The translations under genes were made by a program, and so were the position numbers. The notes beneath the pieces are model-generated. The model had not been told where the DNA came from and searched no databases. It was given only the letters and a program-made list of their open reading frames with translations. A stretch of 63,693 nucleotides of DNA, the filler included, from Welwitschia mirabilis (Eukaryota), in the NCBI GenBank assembly GCA_051453625.1. It is 8 parts of one record of this genome, joined end to end, with 100 filler letters (N's around TTAATTAATTAA, not from the genome) between each part and the next. Parts side by side here need not be neighbours in the genome. Positions count along the whole stretch, not along the records: positions 51,466 to 58,535 come from JBOZIK010000001.1; positions 58,636 to 60,945 come from JBOZIK010000001.1; positions 61,046 to 63,693 come from JBOZIK010000001.1; 5 more parts are not named here. One strand, written 5' to 3'. Positions 53,448 through 63,693 of the stretch are shown here, piece after piece (position 1 is the stretch's first letter; every line of letters starts with the position of its first letter).

Positions 53448-56400
53448 TATTGCAGTGTAAAATTATGCAATCTAGAAGTCCTTTAGGTAAACCTGTAAAT
53501 CATATAATTTGCAGAAAACACACACTAGTATAGATGGGAGTTCACCTGAATGTTGTAATCCAATGAATGCACTAGGCTCGGAGTTAGAGAATTAATTTAT
53601 CAAAGTATTTTTATTCCTTTTTATCTTATAAAAACTAAAAGGAAATAAACAAGTAAATGCAATGCTAAATGGAGATAAAATGTAAGTGAATGGAAATGGA
53701 AATGGAAATGGAAATGGATCCTACTTAGATCCTACTCTTTTTATTACAAATACTACTTTCTTTATAACTTATATTAATTAAGAAAAGCATCTACTAATTC
53801 TTAACCAATATAAACTCTGAGATCTATTCAAGTAAGCATATGCAATATGCGTTATGAAATGAAATGAAGTGCAATGCAAATTTACTACTACTAACCAAGG
53901 TCAACCTTAACAAAGATTACCCTTATGATCTAAATAAATCATAGATCTATCATACAAATATGACTAACTTAAACCATAAGGGATATTCACAATATTGAAA
54001 TGAAAGAAAAATTATATTAATCTAAAGTATTTAGAACAACATCCACTTATAATTAGAATAACAACACCTTAATGAAAGAGACATATCCTGACACCAAGAA
54101 GACTACTTTTTGCAGCACATGATGGACCTCTTATCCTTTAATCCCCTGTCACAAGTATAAGGTATAAATGATGGAGTGGAAATAAAGGAGGGAAAGGGTG
54201 TTTATAGTTTTTTACTTAAGGAATTATATGCAAAACCCTAAAGATAAGAAATATAAACCCTAACAACACACATGGATTGTTTGACCCCATTTACAATGAT
54301 ATTTATTGTGGACATGTAAAAACAGTTGTTGTCTCGACTATCATCCACACAATAAAGAGGACGATGCCATCTAACTACTTGAGTTATGTGCCCATATAAT
54401 ACCATTAGCCCTATAAGTTATTTGCACATGTTACCAATGTTGTTATCCTGTCCGTCGTCTAGATGACTAAGAGGATAATGCCCTGCTACCATGTGCTCCA
54501 TGTACTGTTGTTAGCATCGCAGGCTCTATTCACATTAGTAGTATGGTCATCCTCAGTGTTATGGGGAGGAATGTAGGAACAATGGTCTTCCTTCTCCAAG
54601 GTAAGTTAGTCTTTTGCATCATAAAGTCCTTCTTCCAAATCTGCAGTATCAAAACAATCCTGAGAAACTACCAAAATGCTAAGTATCACATGTTTTACTA
54701 ATCATCCTCTCAGATCTTCATAGTTATCAGTATTACATCAAAAGCTATATGAATGTATTACAAAATTAATCAAAATACACCATCAAATTTCCACAAATTG
54801 ACATCGCAACATAGCCCCTTACTTAGCCTTATCAGTCCCTGACAAAGTAGGTGATCAACTAGATTACAAGCCAATTTGACTAAGATAATTATTAACTAAA
54901 GAAATGGAATTTAAGTTCTATTTATTATGTAGGAATATATTATAACAAGTCATTAATATAATTACAACTACAGTTATAAGCCCCCTACTTAAACTCATCA
55001 CAATAGTCCAAATAAATGTCATACATATAACAAGTTAAAGTGANNNNNNNNNNNNNNNNNNNNNNNNNNNNNNNNNNNNNNNNNNNNNNNNNNNNNNNNN
55101 NNNNNNNNNNNNNNNNNNNNNNNNNNNNNNNNNNNNNNNNNNNNNNNNNNNNNNNNNNNNNNNNNNNNNNNNNNNNNNNNNNNNNNNNNNNNNNNNNNNN
55201 NNNNNNNNNNNNNNNNNNNNNNNNNNNNNNNNNNNNNNNNNNNNNNNNNNNNNNNNNNNNNNNNNNNNNNNNNNNNNNNNNNNNNNNNNNNNNNNNNNNN
55301 NNNNNNNNNNNNNNNNNNNNNNNNNNNNNNNNNNNNNNNNNNNNNNNNNNNNNNNNNNNNNNNNNNNNNNNNNNNNNNNNNNNNNNNNNNNNNNNNNNNN
55401 NNNNNNNNNNNNNNNNNNNNNNNNNNNNNNNNNNNNNNNNNNNNNNNNNNNNNNNNNNNNNNNNNNNNNNNNNNNNNNNNNNNNNNNNNNNNNNNNNNNN
55501 NNNNNNNNNNNNNNNNNNNNNNNNNNNNNNNNNNNNNNNNNNNNNNNNNNNNNNNNNNNNNNNNNNNNNNNNNNNNNNNNNNNNNNNNNNNNNNNNNNNN
55601 NNNNNNNNNNNNNNNNNNNNNNNNNNNNNNNNNNNNNNNNNNNNNNNNNNNNNNNNNNNNNNNNNNNNNNNNNNNNNCAAGAACTAGAAAATGAGTAGGT
55701 CTATGATATGATGTTGAAAAAAAGTATGAAGAAATGACTTTGAAAATCCAACAAAATAACTAAAGAGAAACAAAATTTAAAATGGACAACTAGGAACATC
55801 AAGACATTACTTTACTATCCTAAATTCTAGCCTAACAAATTCCCTTAGCAATAATCATAAAATCACTTGATTAATGATGCATAACATAATGCAAAAATTT
55901 ATAAAGTTCCACTTAAATGGGCAATGATTATAACTATATCGAGTATGCTAATGTTATCAAATGATGAATGATAAGATAAAAAGCCATTTAAAATATAGGA
56001 AATTATAAGATATCATATAAAAAAAAACACTAAAATCCAGAAAGTAGAGTGATCATGTGGAAGTACTAAAATAAAGAAAAGCGATTTACTTTTTCATGAT
56101 GAGGGGAGTACAACCACTATCAGAGGAGTAAGGACTCGCATGACATGGCTAATTGACCTCCCAGTAGAGTTCTCATAGCTATCATATCATACTGCTAAAG
56201 GCCCCTCTTGGGAATATTTGCCCTAATGTGCTTATAGTAGGATATCATGATTACTAGTTTGTAAAGATATAACATGAAAGAGCATGGTAGTTCTTCTTCT
56301 TTTCCTTTTCTTTTCTTTTTTTTCTTTTCCTTCTTTTGTTTTTTTTTCTTTTGAAATATTATTTCACATGATCAAACACTTATAAGGATAAAAGTAAAGA

Positions 56401-58534
56401 ATTGAAATGAGTAATAAAGTAAGATCCTATAAAAACAAGAACTAATTACTCACATCATTGAAAAACAACAAGAGAATCAAGGCATCTTCCTTTTAAATGA
56501 AGTTCATAGACACATGAATGTTTAAAAATTGGATTAAGCCAATTTTATCATTGTAAATGCCCAAGTAGAAATTACTCATCATGAAAACTTTATAAGTAAA
56601 TACATAAGTTGAAGATATTTAAGTGATAACATGATGTTGACCAAAGGAATGAGTTAAAAAAGAATTTAGATAATGGCAAAAAGAAGGTCCTCCTCTTGAA
56701 AAGGGGCTTCCAAAACAAGTGCTTCTATCATGTTTAATGTTTTCTGAAGAGATGACTCATAAAGTCTGAACCTTTGTCCCTTAATCTTTTGGATTTATCT
56801 AGTGTTTAAATCAGAGATTTCAACTAAGCCATTTGAGTGTAATTTTTCAATAAGATAAGGATCGAACCATTTAGAAGTTAACTTATTGTGTAAAAGGTGT
56901 ACTCAATTGTTATATAACAAGACAAGTTGGCCAGGTTTAAACTATTTATGAATAATTTTTTTTATCATTTGGAAACTTAGCTTGAGTCTTATGAATAAGT
57001 TGAAGATGTAAGGCATGAGTTCATTTTTCATCCAAATGGTTGAGTTGGGCTAAACAAATCTTAAGATTTTTATTCAAGTCAACAAGGTTCCATTGATGGA
57101 TGGATCAATAAGAATTATAGAAAACATCAACTAATAAAGCAAACACTTTATCATACATAAGTTCATATGGTGAGAAACCTAAAGAGTTACGTCAGGTAGT
57201 ACGGTAAGCCCAAATAACATCATTAATTTTAGAGAACCAAGTCTTCTTATTAATAAAGACTAATTTTTGAAGCATTTTCTTGATTTCTCTATTTACATTT
57301 TTAGCCTGACGATTGATTTGAGGATGATAGGCACAAGTAATTCTATGTTCAACACCAATGGATAGAAGAAGTTTTTAAAAGAGCTTATTAATGAAGTGAG
57401 TTCCTTGATCACTAATGATAATTCATGAAAAACCAAATCATTGAANNNNNNNNNNNNNNNNNNNNNNNNNNNNNNNNNNNNNNNNNNNNNNNNNNNNNNN
57501 NNNNNNNNNNNNNNNNNNNNNNNNNNNNNNNNNNNNNNNNNNNNNNNNNNNNNNNNNNNNNNNNNNNNNNNNNNNNNNNNNNNNNNNNNNNNNNNNNNNN
57601 NNNNNNNNNNNNNNNNNNNNNNNNNNNNNNNNNNNNNNNNNNNNNNNNNNNNNNNNNNNNNNNNNNNNNNNNNNNNNNNNNNNNNNNNNNNNNNNNNNNN
57701 NNNNNNNNNNNNNNNNNNNNNNNNNNNNNNNNNNNNNNNNNNNNNNNNNNNNNNNNNNNNNNNNNNNNNNNNNNNNNNNNNNNNNNNNNNNNNNNNNNNN
57801 NNNNNNNNNNNNNNNNNNNNNNNNNNNNNNNNNNNNNNNNNNNNNNNNNNNNNNNNNNNNNNNNNNNNNNNNNNNNNNNNNNNNNNNNNNNNNNNNNNNN
57901 NNNNNNNNNNNNNNNNNNNNNNNNNNNNNNNNNNNNNNNNNNNNNNNNNNNNNNNNNNNNNNNNNNNNNNNNNNNNNNNNNNNNNNNNNNNNNNNNNNNN
58001 NNNNNNNNNNNNNNNNNNNNNNNNNNNNNNNNNNNNNNNNNNNNNNNNNNNNNNNNNNNNNNNNNNNNNNNNNNNNNNNNNNNNNNNNNNNNNNNNNNNN
58101 NNNNNNNNNNNNNNNNNNNNNNNNNNNNNNNNNNNNNNNNNNNNNNNNNNNNNNNNNNNNNNNNNNNNNNNNNNNNNNNNNNNNNNNNNNNNNNNNNNNN
58201 NNNNNNNNNNNNNNNNNNNNNNNNNNNNNNNNNNNNNNNNNNNNNNNNNNNNNNNNNNNNNNNNNNNNNNNNNNNNNNNNNNNNNNNNNNNNTCCTATGG
58301 AGAAAAGTTTTTCATTGATTATGATTCCAATGCTGAGGAGTTTTCATAATCACTAGGTAATTTATTATATCAGCATATCAAGGAGTGGGGTGAGAAGATG
58401 AGATAGCATAAAGTTGTTTAATTGCAAAGAGTTAATTATTAGAAAGGGAGTCATTAATTGGAGTTTCATCAAGGGAGCAAGTAAGTCAAGAATTATGATC
58501 AGCAATGATATTATGTTTTTTAGCCTTATCACTG
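53448..58534 (-). mobile_element. Athila-like element A7, 3' half (RH-IN linker, integrase, 3' UTR, PPT, 3' LTR), inserted in the SIRE-like gag
   Basis: LTR 53448-54811 (TATTGCAGTG..ACATCGCAACA), then TAGCCCCTTACTT. Integrase motifs IISDQGTHFIN, TCAYHPQIN, IWAYRTT and KLTSKWFDPY at 56700-57445. 58294-58534 matches 35230-35470. Confidence 0.88.
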
Positions 58535-58635
58535 ANNNNNNNNNNNNNNNNNNNNNNNNNNNNNNNNNNNNNNNNNNNNTTAATTAATTAANNNNNNNNN
58601 NNNNNNNNNNNNNNNNNNNNNNNNNNNNNNNNNNN

Positions 58636-59230
58636 TAATTCTTTTACAGTAGTAATAGGACCTGTTTTTGTTGCCCTATGATTCACCTTTTGTACTTATC
58701 AATGCTTGGGGTGTCATTTTTTTATGTTCCATTTTCCCAAATTATTCAAGAAGTGTGAAGATGGTGGCTTCAAGGAAAAATCGAGCCTTCTCCAATGTGA
58801 AGACAATGTGATCAAACTTAGATGGAAGACTATTAAGTAAGATGGCTTTGGCATTGTCATCATCCACTTTAGCATTGATTGAAGAAAGTTGAGTTCAAAT
58901 TGATTGAAACTAGTTCATACATTCATCCATGCCTTTGTCTTCATCCATTTTTAAGCCATAAAGTTGATTCTTCAACATTTGCTTAGCCTATTCACCACTC
59001 GCACCAAATAAATTATTTAACTCTTCCCAGTTTTCCTTTGAAGACTTGATCAAATCAAGGTATTGCAAGTAATTATCTTTAAGAGCAAAGCCAATTACAG
59101 AGAGAGCCCCTTGGTCTAACATTTCCCATTCTACAAGTTTGGATGCATCTGTTGGTTTGAGTATTGTGCCACTTACAATTTGCTATACATCTTTCTGAAT
59201 TAAGATCAATTGTACCTTGATTTTTCAAGA
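58636..59230 (-). pseudogene. gag: Ty1/copia gag (UBN2-type) remnant
   Basis: Minus strand KQMLKNQLYGLKMDEDK and DDDNAKAILLNSLPSKFDHIVFTL. Confidence 0.75.
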
Positions 59231-60821
59231 ATGAAAATTTCCTTTCTTGAACCTTGTTGGCGACCACGAGACATACGGGGTGTAGGCTTCTGCACATGGG
59301 ACCATCTCCCATAGATTGGCTAGGGTTATTAATACCAACTATGTAGAAACCGCTTGGAGCTACACTACATACGAACCCACCAATTGCAAGGTAAGGTGGG
59401 TGGTGCCCAACATCCTGATGGGGCAACAGTAGGTCGGTTTGGCCTAATAATCGCTTGATGCTTANNNNNNNNNNNNNNNNNNNNNNNNNNNNNNNNNNNN
59501 NNNNNNNNNNNNNNNNNNNNNNNNNNNNNNNNNNNNNNNNNNNNNNNNNNNNNNNNNNNNNNNNNNNNNNNNNNNNNNNNNNNNNNNNNNNNNNNNNNNN
59601 NNNNNNNNNNNNNNNNNNNNNNNNNNNNNNNNNNNNNNNNNNNNNNNNNNNNNNNNNNNNNNNNNNNNNNNNNNNNNNNNNNNNNNNNNNNNNNNNNNNN
59701 NNNNNNNNNNNNNNNNNNNNNNNNNNNNNNNNNNNCTCAAAAGTTGATTTTTACTAAAGAAATTTACAAAGGCCAGGACTAATAAAAACATCAATAAAAT
59801 CCAATTTAAAACCTTGCTACCCATATGTTCCTTTATTGTCTAAATCTTTTGGTTGTGTTAAATCTTTAGTATGTTTCTTAGCATGGATAGATATGCATCT
59901 GAGAAACCCTCAAGAAGACCTTCCAGGAGAGCTATAACTCCCCCTCTTGGAATCTAGGCTACTTGAACTATAGCTTATGCCCTTGCTTAAGGACCTTGAT
60001 CTACCACGTAGAGAGTTTCTAGATCTTGATCTTAACCTCGAACTAGAAATCAAACATGATTATGTAGATGAAATTGAGATTGACCTGCTGCATTTTGTCC
60101 CTCTTCTTACTTGATGATGAAATACAAATCGATATGGATTTAATCTCATCCATGCATAGCACCTGATGATCTAAACAAAGATACATTGTGTGTGCAAATA
60201 AAGTTCTTTGCTTCATTTGTAACTCCTATAAACACTAGCAGCACAAGTTTTTATTCTTGCCTTAACTGTTGACTGAACCTTTGCATGCTAACACATGTGC
60301 ACCATGAAAGAAACATCNNNNNNNNNNNNNNNNNNNNNNNNNNNNNNNNNNNNNNNNNNNNNNNNNNNNNNNNNNNNNNNNNNNNNNNNNNNNNNNNNNN
60401 NNNNNNNNNNNNNNNNNGAACCTTTGCATGCTAACACATGTGCACTGTGAGAGAAACATCGTTGGTTGTGGTAATTCTTTTGAGGGAATGATGTTGCGTG
60501 TGTACTTCTTCATCCAAGCTAGATCGCTAGTCATCTTTGTGAATAAGGATGCTCCCATTCTTGATGTCTTACTTACCCTTGCATGTCCTTAAGTCCCTAT
60601 AAGACTTGCCTTACAACCTCTACCAAAAATACCAATGTCTATTGATGGCAAGAATTGGCTTTATCAATCAGATGATGGAGGAAACATTTGCATCATTCCA
60701 AACAGAAGAAAAAATGAATTCTTTGACTCCAGTTGCAAAATCAAAAATATGAGATAAGTTGATTAACAAATCTACAAAGCAAGATCTACCTACGGTTACT
60801 GGTTAGGCAATACCTTAGCTA

Positions 60822-60945
60822 GCTCTAATACCATTTGAAGATATCCAGATAATCTCCTTTAGGATGGAGGGGTCCAAAAAAATAAGAGAAGATCTCTCAG
60901 GGAACACAAACAATTGATTATGAAAAATAGTTCTAAAACAAATTT
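60822..60945 (-). mobile_element. Copia-type Met PBS and adjoining LTR end
   Basis: GCTCTAATACCA at 60822-60833 reads TGGTATTAGAGC on the minus strand; 2-nt spacer, then TGAAGA at 60836. Confidence 0.7.
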
Positions 60946-61183
60946 NNNNNNNNNNNNNNNNNNNNNNNNNNNNNNNNNNNNNNNNNNNNTTAATTAATTA
61001 ANNNNNNNNNNNNNNNNNNNNNNNNNNNNNNNNNNNNNNNNNNNNATTAATTCCTCTTACTTACTAATAAAGAAAGTTTTTCTATTGGACTTATAAGTTT
61101 TTTAAAGGGGTTAGAATTAGAAATCATGGGGGAAATTATATAGCATTATGTAGTAAATCCAAATTAAAAAAAGGTTTAATTGG

Positions 61184-61192
61184 ATATATATA

Positions 61193-61228
<36 letters not shown>

Positions 61229-61256
61229 TACACACACACACACATACATACATATA
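61184..61256. repeat. Compound microsatellite (TA)n(TATG)n(CA)n
   Basis: Direct reading of the sequence. Confidence 0.9.
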
Positions 61257-61479
61257 GAGTATATATACTTATGATATATTCCTTTTTTTTTTTTTTTTGG
61301 TCCCTTAAGTAATCAAGCNNNNNNNNNNNNNNNNNNNNNTAGATGAGATTATTGTTTTCTTAAGTAAAGATTATTATCCCTATCCATACGGTAACTAGGT
61401 TCATAAGGACATAATTAAGTATTAATTATCTATTTAATATTACTTAAGAATTAGAGTTAGCATGGATATAATTAACTTA

Positions 61480-62474
61480 ATGATTATTTTTAGGTTAAGA
61501 TTATCATGGGTATAATCAAATTTATGGTTAATTGATCATTATGATTTTTATAAATATAATTATTTGATNNNNNNNNNNNNNNNNNNNNNNNNNNNNNNNN
61601 NNNNNNNNNNNNNNNNNNNNNNNNNNNNNNNNNNNNNNNNNNNNNNNNNNNNNNNNNNNNNNNNNNNNNNNNNNNNNNNNNNNNNNNNNNNNNNNNNNNN
61701 NNNNNNNNNNNNNNNNNNNNNNNNNNNNNNNNNNNNNNNNNNNNNNNNNNNNNNNNNNNNNNNNNNNNNNNNNTTACATGACAATAAGAAAATGGTGTCC
61801 GTTGTTATGAAGAAATTTGAGCAATGACTTTGTTCAAATGATAGAGATGATGTTGTTTATAATTGATTAGGATTACTTTTATTAGATGTATGTGTTTTCC
61901 ACTCTAATATAAAGACACAAGGCATTTGGATGTTAAGATTTGTTCCTTTGTTTTCCAAAAAAAATGATTATTTTTAGGTTAAGATTACCATGGGTATAAT
62001 CAAATTTATGGTTAATTGATCATTATGTTTTTNNNNNNNNNNNNNNNNNNNNNNNNNNNNNNNNNNNNNNNNNNNNNNNNNNNNNNNNNNNNNNNNNNNN
62101 NNNNNNNNNNNNNNNNNNNNNNNNNNNNNNNNTAAGATTATCATGGGTATAATCAAATTTATGGTTAATTGATCATTATGATTTTTATAAATATAATTAT
62201 TTGATAATTAATATTATTATGAACATAATTACTATATGGCCATTAAGATAATTATGAGTATAATTTAGTTAATCATTTAGGGGCAAGAATCATCATTAAA
62301 ATCATGATTATTTAAGATTAGAACTATCATAAATATAATTGAATTCATGATTATCTAAGAATTAGTTTTATAATTAATTTCGTATTTACTTAGCAAATAG
62401 GGATTAAGTTAAATATAACTATCTTTAAGACGATTTACAAAATAGAATTATAATAGATATAATTTAATTCATGA
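61480..62474. repeat. AT-rich degenerate repeat cluster
   Basis: TAAGATTATCATGGGTATAATCAAATTTATGGTTAATTGATCATTATG recurs at ~61496, ~61980 and ~62133, with looser copies after; partly gap-flank duplication. Confidence 0.55.
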
Positions 62475-63693
62475 NNNNNNNNNNTTTAAGCATTACTATT
62501 ATTAACTAACATGCACGATGAAACATAGGATTAAATCCTATTTAGACTCCATTAAAATAATACAAGATTTAAAATAATTATACAACATAATTGTTACTTA
62601 ACTATAGACCCTTTTGGTTTGCATACAATAGGGATGTTAAAATTGTGTCCTATATTTATTTTGATTTTTTTTTTGCCATACAAAATATATTGTATAAAGT
62701 TAACAGAATGTTAACTTGTTTTATCACATATAATGGATAAGTTTTAGAATAGTGCCTAACCAATATAATAGGAGGTTTTAGCTCCTATTAATGGCATTCC
62801 AATTCAATATTTAGCCATCCTTGAGACACGTGTTGGTTCTACTTCAGGTTCTAGACTATACAAACATGGCTGGAATTGACTCCATAGGCTTAGACTTCAT
62901 CTCGATATACCCTAAACATAAGTGATAGGCAGTATGTGAGGTGAATGCATGCTTGCAAGTGACTCTTGCTTCTTTGAAGCATCACAGAATGCTGCAACAT
63001 GATCCTTTGATACCAAAGGCTTGAGATATTAAGTCAAAGTAAGTTTATGCATAGGTAAGATAGGATAGTAGTGATCAAATCCACTTTCTGAAGGGTTTAG
63101 AAATAAAAGTATAATTCAACCTACCTTGATGATAAAATCCAANNNNNNNNNNNNNNNNNNNNNNNNNNNNNNNNNNNNNNNNNNNNNNNNNNNNNNNNNN
63201 NNNNNNNNNNNNNNNNNNNNNNNNNNNNNNNNNNNNNNNNNNNNNNNNNNNNNNNNNNNNNNNNNNNNNNNNNNNNNNNNNNNNNNNNNNNNNNNNNNNN
63301 NNNNNNNNNNNNNNNNNNNNNNNNNNNNNNNNNNNNNNNNNNNNNNNNNNNNNNNNNNNNNNNNNNNNNNNNNNNNNNNNNNNNNNNNNNNNNNNNNNNN
63401 NNNNNNNNNNNNNNNNNNNNNNNNNNNNNNNNNNNNNNNNNTTAATACATCTAAGTTATATCATAAAAACATACTCCATTTATGAAACTAAACCAACTTG
63501 AAAACCCACTTTATCATCGCTAAGTGTCTATATTAAAATAGAGTTACATAAAATATATACATATTTTATCATAAAAAGATATTAATAAAGCTAATTATTT
63601 GGGTTACACATCGTTAGAATCATTAAGTAGACATCCCTAAGGCTTATGCATGAAAGAAAAGAATAAGAGCCTAAATTTTAATAAATAGTATAT

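Noticed and set aside
53688..53718. (AATGGA)n as a satellite or telomere-like repeat
   Set aside because: It is a local expansion of the AATGCA/AATGGA tract present in all family-A LTRs.
56096..56250. 3' UTR block as 5S rRNA-derived (Cassandra-like) or as a hammerhead ribozyme
   Set aside because: Only short matches to 5S (TGACCTCC, TGCAACCATA) with no box A, intermediate element or box C; TGATGAG lacks the conserved CUGAUGA..GAAA core across copies.
57425..58349. Long ORFs in the supplied track (also 6562-7217, 10769-11430, 54985-55687)
   Set aside because: They consist almost entirely of translated N runs.

Overview
AT-rich, heavily gapped eukaryotic scaffold, almost certainly plant judging by its transposon families. 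It is a nested graveyard of decayed retroelements; I found no intact protein-coding gene, RNA gene or CRISPR array. The dominant family ('A') is Athila-like Ty3/gypsy: LTRs of about 1.1-1.4 kb with TGTTGC..GCAACA ends, a tRNA-Asp-type PBS and PR-RT-RH-IN domain order. About 11 family-A LTR copies or pieces occur, nearly all on the minus strand. They sit among a second LTR family ('B'), three Ty1/copia remnants (one SIRE-like), two head-to-head L1 LINEs and a 51-bp tandem array. The most notable signals are: (1) a ~42-nt double-stem palindrome repeated every ~100-110 bp in the family-A leader, also present in the LTRs and inside pol; (2) a ~160-bp GC-rich block conserved in five 3' UTRs; (3) one LTR flanked by both a PPT and a PBS; (4) a ~9-kb two-LTR non-autonomous derivative lacking pol and the gag capsid core. 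Seven TTAATTAATTAA linkers mark contig joins, so adjacency across them is not reliable. All translations and alignments were done by eye, and boundaries are approximate unless a terminal motif is quoted.
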